Below, piece after piece: positions 39,845 through 52,683 of a DNA stretch of 64,000 bases. Source of the DNA: Camelus ferus (taxonomy: Eukaryota). Location: positions 49,106,001-49,170,000 of the forward strand of contig NC_045697.1 in NCBI RefSeq assembly GCF_009834535.1. Direction: 5' to 3'. The notes under the pieces were generated by a model. That model saw nothing but the letters and a program-made list of their open reading frames with translations, made no database searches and had not been told where the DNA came from. The translations under genes and the position numbers were made by a program. Positions within the stretch are counted from its first letter, which is position 1, and each line of letters starts with the position of its first letter.

Positions 39845-40620
39845 TGTGTTAATCAGGCTTCTCTTGCAATGCTGGGTAACAAACACTCCCAAATCTCAGT
39901 GGCTTGCAGCAGTAACATTTATTTCCCACTTGTTGTGGCCAGGTTGGCTGCAATTTGAGCTTAGCTGGGTCAGCTGACCTAGGCTGGACTCCCAGCTTCA
40001 TGTCTGGTCTGTGCATCACCATTTTAGGACCTTGGCTGAAGGATCACCAGCTACCTGGGACAGGGCATGCTCTTCTCTTGGCAGAGGGTGGCTGGTGGAA
40101 ACTTGCTTTGCCTCTTGAGGCCTCAAAGGTGGGGCATTGCCATCTACCCACGTTCTGTTGATCAGATCAAGGCACTTGGCCACACCTGAAGTCTGTAGGG
40201 TGGGTAGAACACTCCCATAGGGGTTACCTAACGAATCCCGTAGACTGGGTATTTGAACAACAGAAATTTACGGTCTCACAGTTCTGGAGGCTGGAAGTCT
40301 GAGATCAAGGTGTCAGCAGGGTTGATTTCTTCTGAGGCCTCTCTCCTTGGCTTGTAGATGGCTGTCTTCTTCCTGTGTCTTCATATGACCTTTCTTTTGT
40401 GTGTATTTGTGTCCTAATCTCTTCTTATAAGGATATCAATCATACTGGATTACAGCCCACCCTAATAACTTCATTTAACCTTTAATTTCTCTGTCTCCAA
40501 ATACACATTCTGAGGTACTAGGGCTAGGACTTCAACATATGAATTTTAGGGCACACAGTTTAGCCCATAATATGTGATAAGGGTGGGAAACAAAGGAAGA
40601 ATTGTAGACAAAGAATACCC
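39845..40620 (-). mobile_element. Old MLT1-type MaLR LTR with a younger MLT1A-like LTR (about 40220-40572) nested in it
   Basis: aacaaacactcccaaatctcagtggctt...; the inner element has tctcacagttctggaggctggaagtctgagatcaaggtgtcagcaggg and cacattctgaggtactagggctaggacttcaacatatgaatttt. Confidence 0.8.
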
Positions 40621-41211
40621 TAAGCACAGCCCCAGTGCGACTCAGCTTTCTCATCTTTAAACAGGGATAGGCATCTCTACGTTATGGGTTTGTTGGAGAT
40701 TGAATGAGAAAATGCATGTGAAACATGGTGGTTGAGGTAGTAGGGATGGGTGTGGTTCTACTCAGATGGAAGGACCAAAGTAGCCTTCTTGGCCTCTCCC
40801 CCTATTCTCTCACGTGGGTGAGCTGGGATCGCATGATGGTCCTCAAAATGGCCTGACTTCCACAGCAGCTGTCCGATTAGTAGACTGTTCATAACAAAGT
40901 GAAAAAGGCCTTTCGGGTACTCAAGCTGTGGCCTTGGTTTTGGTAATCTATGGTTTTCCAGCCATGAGCTATGACTCTAGCATCCTTCCTTTACCACAAA
41001 TATTTATTGAAGTCCTTTTATGGCTTATTAGAGCTGTGGGATTCATATTGACATAAGGCATGGCATTGATCTTGACGAATTGTAGTTGAATGCCTATGAA
41101 AAAAAATAAGAGAGCCAGGAGGTTAAAGGGCAGGGTGTCCCTCTCTCGGCCTCGGTGTTCAAAACCAACTGCCTTACACTTTGTAAATCTCCTTTTGGTT
41201 TTCTCCCCTAG

Positions 41212-41369
41212 AATATCGTGTTAAGGAATGGTTCTGAGACTTTTGACTCCTGGAGGAAGCCCCCTCTGCCTGTGTACTCCCAGTTCTATTTCTTCAATGT
41301 CACCAATCCAGAGGAGATCCTCAGAGGGGAGATTCCTCGATTGGAAGAAGTGGGGCCATACACCTACAG
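41212..41369 (+). CDS. SCARB2: SCARB2 coding exon 2 (158 nt; NIVLRNGSETFDSWRKPPLPVYSQFYFFNVTNPEEILRGEIPRLEEVGPYTY-R)
   Basis: Pyrimidine-rich acceptor ccttttggttttctcccctag (AG 41210-41211); CD36-family motif FYFFNVTNP..E.GPYTY; N-glycosylation sequons NGS and NVT; donor AG|GTGAGT at 41370, phase 2. Not in the ORF track because it has no ATG. Confidence 0.97.
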
Positions 41370-41785
41370 GTGAGTCCTGACCACCTCCCTGCCGTAGCAA
41401 CCAGAAGTATGGAGTGTCCCCCTTTCCCCCCAGGTTGGGTCCTTGTCTCTTCCCATGAGCATCCTCTGTGTGCTGTGTGGGAAGCACAGGTTTTGGCTGC
41501 CTCTGTCTGAAATGTTGCTGGTGTGATACCACAGCAAAGAATGGCTTTGTGGACGGGGCCAGTCTCAGCCTGTGTTGTTTAGAAATGCAGCTGCTTCCTC
41601 CTGAGTTGGCAGAATGTGGTTACTGAGTGCTGAAGAGCTACTCCCCACTGTCTGACCTTTTAAGGTCGCCCTTTGATTTTCTTTGATGTCTTTTAGGGTC
41701 TTTTCCTAATTCCCTTCCCCACTTAGCTAGTTTTAGACCAGCTCCTAGGATTCATTGTTTGTCTGCAGACAGGCTTTCTGTCTCC

Positions 41786-42101
41786 TTTTCTTTTTTTCGT
41801 TGAGGTATAGTTAGTTTACAATGTTGTGTCAATTTCTGGTGTACAGTACAATGCTTCAGTCATACATGAATATAAATATATTCATTTTCATATTCTTTTT
41901 CACCATAAGCTACTACAAGGTATTGAATATATCTCCCTGTGCTGTACAGTATAAACTTGTTTATCTATTTTATATGTATCAGTCGGTATCTGCAAATCTC
42001 GAACTCCCAGTTTATCCCTTCCCACCCTCCTCCCCCTGGCAACCACAAGTCTGTATTCTATGTGAGTCTGTTTCTGTTTTATATATAAGTTCATTTGTCT
42101 T
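41786..42101 (-). mobile_element. L1 3' end (camelid-type)
   Basis: ttgaggtatagttagtttacaatgttgtgtcaatttctggtgtacag...cccctggcaaccacaagtctg; flanked by tttctgtctc duplicates. Confidence 0.85.
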
Positions 42102-42379
42102 TTTTCTGTCTCTTCTTATTCACTCCTTTCCCCACCCATCCTGAGTACAAGAGATAACCAGGTGGCAGCGTGAGTTAGAGTCTTTGGCAGTGACCACCAA
42201 TTCCAAATGCTGGTGAGTTAGGAGAATTGCTTTAATCATTTTTTAAAAAAGATTAGAAGGAAGCTGTTGGGGATCTTATGGTCAGAGTATTTTTTCTACT
42301 GTTGCCCTACCCCCTAGGGCAATAACCTCTCCCACACCTCTTGCAATAATCTTTCCAACAAAGTTTCTCCTTAACAGAT

Positions 42380-42519
42380 TTTTTTGGGGGGCAGGGTAAT
42401 TAGGTTTATTTATATATCTATTTATCTATTCATTTTTTAATGGAGGTACTAGGAATTGAACTCAGGACCTAGTGCATGCTAAGTACACACTCTACCACTG
42501 AGCTATACCTCCCCACCCC
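42380..42519 (-). mobile_element. tRNA-derived SINE (vic-1 type)
   Basis: gggtaattaggtttatt...aatggaggtactaggaattgaactcaggacc...ctctaccactgagctatacctcccc; third copy of the same family in the window. Confidence 0.85.
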
Positions 42520-43869
42520 TCTCTTTACCAAGTTTAAAAAAAAAAATAGTAGAGGAAGCAGACAGCAAGATCTTTCTTCTTCAAAGCTGCCACATGCTAA
42601 AAATACCTCACAATTCTGTCCTAACTGGTTACTCAATAAATGGTTGCCCACTGACTCATTCATTGTGAATTAATGCTATCTCAGAGCTGGAATTCTGAGA
42701 TAAAAATCCTGGCTCCTGCCTCAGGTGTTCATGATCTGACTCTGGAGTTGAATGGCCTGTGGTGACTCTCACCTCTGCCACTTACTAGTTCTCTGTGCTT
42801 CAGTTCCTCGGTTCCCTTATCTATAAAGTGGGGATAAAAATAGGACCTCTATCCTGTAATTGTTATGAGGACTGAGTGAGTCAGTGGGTCAGTATTTATA
42901 AAGTGATTAGGCTAGTGCCCAGCACATATTTAGTGTTAATTAGTGTCTGATGTTATTATTAGTGGATTGTCTTAGCCTCTGCAAATCAAGACCCAGAATC
43001 GTGAAGATGAGCTTTGTTGCTGTATGGTAGAATTAAAAAAAAAAAAAACTTGGGTCCTCATTTTAAAAAGCATTTTTGTATGTTTAATGCCTAAAGAAAC
43101 ACTGTGTACTGGGTAGAGCAGGTCTGCATTAGAGGCTGTCCAGCACAGGGACAGTTAGAAGTTGAACCAGAATTAGGATCTGAGTGCCCTGTTTGTTGGT
43201 TTGTTCTGCAATTTTAACCACATTTTATGGTGATTTTCAAAAACTCCACATATAAAATGTACCATTTTTACCATTTTTAAGTGCAGTTCAGTAGTGTTAA
43301 GTATATTCACAGTGTTGTAAAACAGACCTCCAGGATTTTTTCATCTTTCAGATCTGAAACTGTATAGCCATTAAATAACTCCATTTTTATCCCTCCCCGC
43401 TGCCCCTAGTAACCACCATTTTACTTTGTTTCTATGAATTTGACTGCTGTAGAGTTCTCATATAAGTGGAATCATACACAGTATCTGTCTTTTTGCTGGT
43501 TTTGTTTTTTAACTGAATTCCTTCTGGTAAGTGGGATGGCTGCCTCCTTTCAAGAATGAACTCACCTGAGAACTAAAGAAAAACCCCAGCAAACAGTTTT
43601 CCTCCTGGGTCTCCTGGGCCTGTTCCTGTGGTCATTATCCTCATCTCAGAAAAAGGCCTGGGTTCTAATCAGAACCCAAGGAAACATAGTATTCCATTAA
43701 GACACCTTCTGGGCCATTGTGTCTGCTGGCTTAATGCGCTGTCATAATGTGGTTATGGGAATAATTCAATCCTAGGAATAAAACAGTATCTGACTCTTAC
43801 CCCACTCCCTGCATGTCCCATCTTAGAAGGACCTCAACTGACTCCTGAGGAAAGCCTGGGAACACCTCA

Positions 43870-44355
43870 CAGGGATTCTTAAGCCTTGAACCATCCATGA
43901 TCCTAAGGGGTCCACTGATAGAATTCAAGGTTCTCTGTGACTTCGGGAAAAAAATTACAGTTCATCTTCATTAGCCACATACTAAAATTTAACATTTCCT
44001 TTGAGTGTGAAAATAGGCAACAGATCACAGCAGTGTTAGCAGTACGGTGGATTCACCACTAAAGGAAACAGATACTGTGTCTCTTGATAGCTGTTGCTTG
44101 AAGTATCATTCATGTTCATTAATATTTCAAAATTACAGTCATTGTTAGACCTGCTGCTGCGTCTCATTTAAAGAATCAATAAAGAAGCATACATATTGCC
44201 ATATCACAGATTTTTACAATGGCACCTGAAGTTTAGTAATTGTTTTCCTTTGTAACCCTAGGTATTTTATTTTCTGTGTGTAAAAACATTTATGTAAGAA
44301 AGAATCCATCAGATTGACACAGGGGCCCATGGCAGAGGGAAGGTAAAAACCCTGA
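43870..44355. mobile_element. hAT-Charlie element (Charlie4-like)
   Basis: Termini cagggattcttaa ... gtaaaaaccctg form imperfect terminal inverted repeats; internal ggggtccac/ggggcccatgg motifs. Confidence 0.6.
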
Positions 44356-45147
44356 GAGCAGATCCTTTAGGTTGGAAGACAGGTTGGTCACTCACTGACT
44401 GTTTCATTTTTGCCTCCATGAGTTTTCCTGCCTCCGGTTTCCTCCCTGCCCTGGTCTCTCCCATTCTGCTGCCACTGTGGTATTCCAAAGCACATATCTG
44501 ACATTTCCTTTCTTCCCTGCTCAGGGTTCTAGTGCCTCTCCCAGTGTGATGTCCAGGGCCTGAGCAATCTGGCTCCTTCTGTATGTCTAGCCTCTGTTTT
44601 ATTTTAATTTTAATTTAATTTTTTGGCACTCTCAACCTAGAATTTTATTCTCTAACCAAAGCCAATTTCATACTCTAACCACAATTATCCAATAGAAATT
44701 TAATATGAATGTCAACTTAAAACATACACACACACACACACGCACACACACACACACCGTAAAAACTGAAGCAAGTTTATTCAGTGTCTTACTGAGAACT
44801 GTAGCCCAAGAGAGGGCCTCTTAGACAGCTCTGAGAAATTGTTCCAAAGAAATAAGGGAGGAGCCAGAATATACATGAATTTTTTTGTGGGAAAAAGAAA
44901 CATGTAGTCAAAGATCAAAAAATTACTGCTACTCACAAGAACAGACATCTCAAATTAATAATCTTAGTGCTTTTCCATGTATGGAAAGATGCAAGAATCT
45001 GGGATCACTGAACTATTTACTTAAATATACATCTTAACTATCTAAGGGCTGGTATCCAAAGCACAGACTGCTTCCTGTTTTTCTGCATCCTGAATTCCCC
45101 TCAGGCTCACTGTCAGTAGGCACATTCATGTGCTATAACTGGATTTG

Positions 45148-45800
45148 TCCCATATGATCCAGCAATCCCACTCCTGGGCTTATATCCAGAAAAGATGAAA
45201 ATTCTAATTCAAAAAGATACATGCACCCAATGTTCATAGCAGCACTATATATAATAGCCAAGACATGGAAACAACCTAAATGTCCATCAACAGATGAACA
45301 GATAAAGAAGATGTGCCATATATATATACACGCACAGTGGAATATTACTCAGCCATAAAAATGAAATATTGCCATTTGCAGCAACATGGATGGACCTAGA
45401 GATTATCATAATAAGTGAACTAAGTCAGACAAAGACAAATATCATCTGCTATCACTTATATCTGGAATCTAAAAAAGTAATACTAATGAACTTATTTACA
45501 AAACAGAAAAAGACTCAGACATAGAAAACAAACTTATGGTTGTCAAACGGGAAAGGGAGTGGGGGAAGGATAAATTAGGAGTATGGAATTAACATAGTAC
45601 TACATATAAAATAGGTAAATAACAAGGACTTACTGTATAGCACAGGGAACTATACTTAATATCTTATAAAACCTATAATGGATAAAAATCTGAAAAAGTA
45701 TATATATCTATATATATATAGATATCTGAATCACTTTGCATATACCTGAAATTAACACAATATTTTGAAGCAACTATATTTCAAAAAAATAAAAAATTTT
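45148..45800 (+). mobile_element. L1 ORF2 end + 3' UTR inserted in the ERV
   Basis: catatgatccagcaatcccactcctggg...gcaacatggatggacctagag...actgtatagcacagggaac...A-rich tail. Confidence 0.9.
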
Positions 45801-46507
45801 AAAAACCTTTAATTTCTAGTGAAAACTAGATAGTAAGCTATTATGAACTTTTACATTAGCATTCTGTAGATTGGCAAAGTTACAAGTACCATTGATGATT
45901 TTTTTAAACATGTGCCTTTTTATGGAAAATTTTTCAATGTGTACCAAATATATTTATTAATGATCCTAAATATCTTTAATTTCTCTGTAAAAGAAAGCCT
46001 ATTTTCAGTAATTAATGCTTCAGTATCTTACTTTACTTGGGATGATTTAGATATTTAATACATTTCTATCATTTAACTTAGCAAAACTATAAAGTTTCAA
46101 GTTACCAAAAATCTGGAGAAACTAATCTTGAGTAGACATACCATGAAACATAGTAATTCTTAAGGAGTTCACTGAAAGGCTCTTACCCCCAGTTTTATCT
46201 ATTTAATTCATTTGTTCCTAACAGTTATGTTTAGATTACCCATGAAAACTTGAGGAGACATTAGACCAAATCAACCATCATCCCAGGCTATTTTTCTTGC
46301 TCATAAATTTTATAACAGAAATAATATGATCATATTTGATGGGGGGCAATAAAAGTAAGACATGTCTATTAATTAAACCAACAAACTTAAACTTTAAATC
46401 AAATATTAATTTAATATTAAATACTTTCCAGATCACATGAACTTGAAATTATTTTTGGTTAGTTTCTGTTTCATTTAGACATATTTAATTTATAAGTGCT
46501 TACTTTT

Positions 46508-46715
46508 TTTTTATATATATGTATTTTTTAAAGTATAGTCAGTTTACAATGTGTCAATTTTTGGTGTACAGCATAATCTTCAGTTATACATGAATATACA
46601 TATATTCATTTTCATGTTCTTTTTCACTGTAAGTTACTATAAGATACTGAATATAGTTCCTTGTGCTATACAGTATGAACTTGTTGTTTATCTATTTTAG
46701 ATATATTAGTATCTG
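46508..46715 (-). mobile_element. Short L1 tail inserted in the ERV internal region
   Basis: Perfect 17-bp TSD tataagtgcttactttt (46491-46507 / 46716-46732). Confidence 0.9.
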
Positions 46716-49700
46716 TATAAGTGCTTACTTTTAAGAGCTCTTTTATAAATTAATATTGATGGTACAATCTGGAAGCAGAGACATATCTTATCTATAATGT
46801 ACACATAAATATAACCAGAAGTCTCATAGCTTCATTTTATAACTTAGTCTTGAATCAGGTAGTACAATAAAAACTTACTAGTTTATAAATAATAGTTGGA
46901 ATAAGTTAACATTTATTTGCTCAGATGACTAAGCCTTTTTACTATTTGTGGAAAAGACTTTTAAGATTGTTTTGGTTCTTGATAAATCCTAAGGAGGCTG
47001 TGAATTAGATTTTGGGTGAGGGAACTGTTCCAGCAGTTTGAGTTTAAAAAGTCCTCTTCCTTCCCCCCACCCCCTTTTTTGGTTACAGACTCTACCTAAT
47101 TGAGTTAATTAGGCTCAGTCTCATGTCATTATGGACTGTATTTACATTTCTGGTCTGTAGAGATTTACAATCAAAGACAATTGCTTTTAATTCCCCAAAG
47201 AACTGGTCTGCTGCCTAAATGATATCAAAAGATTGATTTGCCCAACTACATTTTCTTTGTTTTTTTGTATCAGTGAGATTTCTAACTAGACTGGAAATAA
47301 AGAGTTCTATGTTCTAGAACTTTAGGGTATATTCTATCATGCCTTCAAAAGTTTGCACAAGGTATTCAACAAAGGTCCTCTTTCTGCACAAGTCAAACCC
47401 TGAACACTTTACCCTAGTGGCAAAAAAGAATCTCAACTTTTACTTTATTAACCCCTGAATGTTAGCCCCCAGTTTTTACTTCATATTTTGTGGGCTCAGG
47501 TAACTCTGTTGGTTTCCTCTAGAATGTTTAGTATTGTATTCTTGGGGCAGATTTGTATGCCCTGTTAATAGGTTATACCAGGAAGGGAAAACATTCACCA
47601 GTGAGACATAATGTCTATCCCACAGTATAATCAGGCAAAAGAGATGTAACCATCTTACATAAATCCTCTTCAAATACACTAATTTTTAAAAATAAATTTT
47701 TATCTCAGTTCTACCAACTCTTGTACTTTTAACTTTAGCCAAGAGACCCAGGCCCTTTTGTGAATCTTTAACTTGATTAGTTGGCTTAACTGTTGCCCCA
47801 AGCTATTTCTGGTCAAGTATCTCAGTGTAATTTTCTTCTAGCCTTAAAAAATTTTTTTTTTTAGCTGGAGTAAATAAAGCAGACTTTTGGGGGGCCCTTT
47901 ACTGTTAGGGGTACCAATGGGGTCCTATTCCCAGTTGGTCCCATGGGCCAATAGGTCTTTGGCCCATTCAACTTCAGGTAGTGTTGTATCAAAGCCTTTG
48001 TGTTAATCTCATCAGTGTCCATTTTATTTATCCCAGTTTTAATCACCATCTAAAGATTTCCATCCTGTTGGGATGAGTCCCTTTAAAATTTCCACCTTAT
48101 TAGGAAGAAGTCAGTTGAGTTTTGCCTCATCTTCTTTCTATTCCCTTTTTAATCAACCTAATTAACATTAATTAACGTAATGTTTTTATTAGCATCCTAA
48201 GACCCATTGAAGGAAAGCCAAGACCACAAATAAGTTTTCCCAAACCATTTTGTTTTGTTTTAAACTAAGGAAGTTCTTAAGGCTAGCTGTTACATTTTTT
48301 GTATCTACCTTTTAATTTGGTCTTTTTGTAGGTAGGTATCAGTAAAGCAGCTATTTATAATGAGAGCACTCTAAAAATTTACCAATTAGGAAGTTTCTGC
48401 CATTTAAAGGATCCATCATCTGGTATTGATGAATAGTGTCTTAATAGTGATAACCAGGAAGATGCCACAGGCACCCCCAACAGGAGAGTGCAAAGGATGC
48501 AGCCTTCACAAGATCCAGAAAGTTTACTCCCAAAAATAATCTAAGATAGTAAAGGCCTTTGTTGTATGGGTGGATGAAATGAAGATTAAGAAGAAAAAGG
48601 CCCCTTATGGGCTAGCACCCCTTATGCAAATTTTCCTGAGAGCTGGCACAGTCAGACAAAAAGACTGTTCATAATCCCAGTCTACTTGACTGGCTATCGC
48701 ATCTACACTGTATGTGTACCTTACTCATGACAGAGACTGCGCTCTCAAAACACAGGACAAAATGCCTAAGAAGATCACATAGAACATTTACATCTTAAAG
48801 GCATAGGGAAAGAAATACAAGTTCCTCCTAGGAAGGCTTTTGTTTTTGTAAGATGTAAAGATGTTTTATCAAGCTGGCTTTTGCTAACTCGGTATGCAAA
48901 AACTAGTTTTGGAATGTCAGAAAGAGCCCCATCCTGGCTGTTTTTAGGGCAAGATTTCAATTAGGTAATTACTTGCAAGTATAAATTCTGTACATACCTA
49001 AACCTGGCTGGATTTTAGTTGTTAGTTGGTGATTGGCTTTTCTGATGTCCCTCTTTTCTCTGAGAAACTCTTTCCCATTTTAAAGTTGAATTTGTCAGGG
49101 ATAACATTTACTAATGAAATGGTGTGATAGGCCAATGTGCTGCCTGTGAGCTTAGCTCCTCTAGGTCATTTCCCTAGAGTCATTTACACTCTTTCACGTG
49201 TCTTGGTATCTCCCTCTGGCAGTCTAAAACCACCATGGGTGTTGGGATCAACGAGTGGCCGATTGTCATACATGGTCCCCAAACGAGCAAGGTTTTAATT
49301 AATGAGTGAATTTCCCTATGGGACCATAGTGAGGTATGAGGACTCTGCTTCCAACACTCCCATAAAATTTTCAGTTGCCTGAGAAAGCCGTAAACACCTG
49401 GGAGTAGCCTTGTCCCTCTTCCTCAGAGCAGAGCTCTCATGTGATATCTCCACTTCTATCCCCACAGAGTCTGTTAAGGTAGCCCAACTAAGAAAAGACA
49501 TCTGGTTAGTCTCCTACCTAGTCACACAATCCAAGTCGCCTTAGTACCTTTCAGCTTAGCAAAATCATCCCAGTGTTTCTCAACTGGGAGTAACCTCAGT
49601 GTCTTTCAACTGAACAAATATAGGCACCTCCTCTTGAACCTAAGCTTGAGGATAACCTACAGCACATAGCAAGGAGTTTAACAACCTCTGAATAAACAGA

Positions 49701-50326
49701 ATCTTCAGCCAAGAGTGGGAGATCCAGTACCAGGAGAGACTCACTTAAATTTGTCTGCACTCACTGAGGAGGCAGACTGACACAAGGGGCCCTGCTCGTG
49801 CCAAGGCTCTGGATCCTTGTAGAATTCAGGCAAAGGAGAAACGTCTGCTCTGGGTCCTTTTGTGGTTGCCAGAACTGCTGACTTAAAAAAAAAAAAAGGC
49901 ACAACATAAAGAGCTGTGAGTTGAGTTTATTCAGTGTCTTACTGAGGACTATAGCCAGGAGACAGTGTCTCAGATAGCTCTGAGACACTGTCCCAGAGAG
50001 TTAAGAGAGGAGCCAGGATATATATGAACTTTTTTTGCTTGGGAAAAAAAAACACCTAGTTGAACACCGTAAGACTACTGCTAATCACAAAGGACAGACA
50101 TTTCAAGTTGATGATATTAGTGCTTTTCTGTGTATGGGAAGATGCAAGAATCTGAGGTCACTGAAATATTTCCTTAGATTTGAGCCTTAGCTATCTAGGG
50201 GCTGGTATCCTGAGCACAGAATGCTACCCGTTTTTCTCCATGAATTTCCCCTCAAGCGCACTGTCAGGGGCTTATGGCTTGATCCTTGTAGAACTGGAAT
50301 TGCAGGCAATATTTTTTTTCTTTACA

Positions 50327-50619
50327 TAAGCCACATGTGCAATTTAGAGTTTTCTAGGAGTCACATTAAAAAAGAGCAAAAAGAAACAGGAGAAATTAGT
50401 TTTAATATTTTATTTACCCCAATACAATTTAAAATAGTATAATTTCAACATGTAATCAATATTCAGAATTATTAATGAGACACTCTACAGTCTTTTTCTT
50501 ATGAAGTCTTTGAAATCCATGTGTGTTTCACATTTATAGCACGCTGAATTTCAGACTAACCATTTTTCAAGTGTGTAATAGCCACATGTGCCTAGTGGCT
50601 ACTATATTGGACAGCACAG
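50327..50619. mobile_element. MER33-like element, right part (left stub at 44681-44709)
   Basis: taagccacatgtgcaattt...gccacatgtgcctagtggctactatattggacagcacag; hAT-type 8-bp TSD ctctaacc (44673-44680) / ttctaacc (50620-50627). Confidence 0.8.
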
Positions 50620-52557
50620 TTCTAACCGAACTCCAAGTATTTGCATGGCCCCAAACACCCTACCCTGTCAGTATGCGTGCTGTTCCTCAGCCAAGAATGA
50701 ACTCCTCAGGTCCTAATCTACTGCCACTTCAGTTCTGCCACTTTATTATGATTCTTTGTTTTGCTACCTGTAAAATTAGGATAATAGAATGCCCGAGGAA
50801 GAAACTGAGAGGAGACCCAGCAGTTGGTGGCCTGGAGAGACATTTGGGAGAAGCAACCTGCCCTTCTTAGGGATTATTTCCAGTGGAATGTGCAGCCCTA
50901 GAAATTTCCATAGTAAATTGTACAAGACTCACTGTGTTATAGGAGTGCAGTTTTGTTTTTGGAAACTTGAAGGAAAGAGTTGAGGATAACTGAAGTATGA
51001 GTTCATAAGGGGACATATAATCATGATTAACAGAAAATCAGTTTCTTGCTTTCTTCGAACAACTGTAGAAAAATGATAAAGAATATTTGATTGGAAAAAA
51101 AAAAAAAAAGAATGAACTTCTCACCACCTCTCTCGGCTCTTCCTGAGATTTTCCCTGACTTTGAACATACTCTCTCCAGTATGGGACAAAGTGAAATGAA
51201 AGAACCAAATCCTTTCATCTCTGAATATCCAGTGTCCAGTGAATATTTATAGAATAAGTGAATGAGACATCCTTAGCCATGGTTTACCTGCACAGGACAC
51301 AAAAGGAGAAGCTGTTTAAATCCACAGGACACAAGTAGCTCACCTGGAACCCCAGGACTCAATCAGGGAAACCCAGGAGCCAAGGAGAGGGTCAAGAAAG
51401 GGGAATAGGGTCCTGAGAATGAATGACTTTGTTTAGGTAGGGACACTCACATGTGCAGTGCAAACTGTAGAGTGTTCCTAACAGGGTTGAGTGGATTGTG
51501 AGCTGGGATTTGTAGAAAAACTTGGCTGTTTAGGGAGACCTACAGCCCCTCTAGTGCGCCTTTCGTAGTCGTTTGATCTTTGTCACTTGTGACTTGATTA
51601 TGCTGTTGTTTAGCTACACAGGAAAGACAGAACACTCCAGTAGCTCTGCCCCAGCATTCGATAGTCCTGTGAGTTCCCTCCCAACTGAGTCCACTGACAC
51701 TGTTGATTGTGTGCAGAGAAGGGGAGGACACGCGGCCCCTCACTGGTCCATGTGGACGGGTCTGAGACTGGGAGCGTCTGAGCTGGGGGAGGCCACGCTG
51801 GGCTGTACAGGGTCTGATTGATTTGACACACAAAACTGTCACATATTGGTAAGTTCAGAATGTTAATGTTTTTGGGAAAAGATGATGGCAGTTCCACATG
51901 TAGGTAAAAACCAGTCCGTCTGGTTTAAGGAATGCAGCGCATCAGTTACATTCCTATAAAGCTGTGGATTGAGCAGTCCTGGAACAGGTCTGTTGACACA
52001 AAGCTAATTTGCCTCATGAACCTGTTGCCTAGTGACGTATTTGCCTAAAATTGTGTATCCAGTGGCTTCTGCAGCCTTTTTGAGATTTTTCATTTCATCA
52101 GGTTTCTTTTTCTGTTTTGCCTACTATTTAACGTGTCAAGAATTTTTTAAAAATTAATTTGTCCAAGGGCTCTGTCAGCTGACTTTCATGTTACTAAGAC
52201 ACATTTGTTAAATTTACAACATCCCATTAAATATCTCCTCTTTGAGTTTCTTAGCTTTGCTGTTTGGACTGTTAATATAGGGTCATTTTACTGCTTTGAT
52301 GGTAAGGAAAAAGATGTGAGGGATAAATACCTCATAAGTGTTTTCTTTATTATTCACTGACCATTAAGTAATACTGGATTATAAAATAATCAGGATTTAC
52401 AGTATCATATATAGCATTACCTTTAAAAGTGTAAACTTTATTTTATATTATAAAATAATATATGTAAGCAGCAAAGGTCAAGTTGAAAGTGCAGTAAACT
52501 AAGAAGAAGTACTGCTACTTTCCATGGTTTCACTGTCTCAAAGGCAACCAGCGCTAA

Positions 52558-52683
52558 TTTTTTTTTTAACATTTTTTATTGATTTATAATCATTTTACAA
52601 TGTTGTGTCAAATCCCAGTGTAGAGCACAATTTTTGTTATACATGAACATACATATGTTCATTGTCACATTTTTTTCTCTGTG
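52558..52683 (-). mobile_element. Short young camelid-type L1 tail
   Basis: Near-identical to 33900-34025; flanked by gcgctaat / gcactaat. Confidence 0.8.

Larger units (their letters stand above)
44710..50326 (-). mobile_element. Degenerate ERV1-class provirus with two LTRs (5' LTR 49876-50326; 3' LTR 44710 to about 45120, truncated next to an L1), inserted in a MER33
   Basis: Two homologous direct repeats (agtttattcagtgtcttactgag...aagatgcaagaatctg) with outer TG...CA ends; primer-binding site TGGCAACCACAAAAGGAC on the minus strand at 49854-49871; gag-matrix-like remnant at about 48880-49030 (..DIPKLVF..); no long ORFs. Confidence 0.85.

Noticed and set aside
10291..42519. tRNA genes at the three A-box/B-box-containing sites
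   Set aside because: Each has the SINE-specific AT-rich extension and tail and a degenerate cloverleaf, so they are SINE copies rather than tRNA genes.
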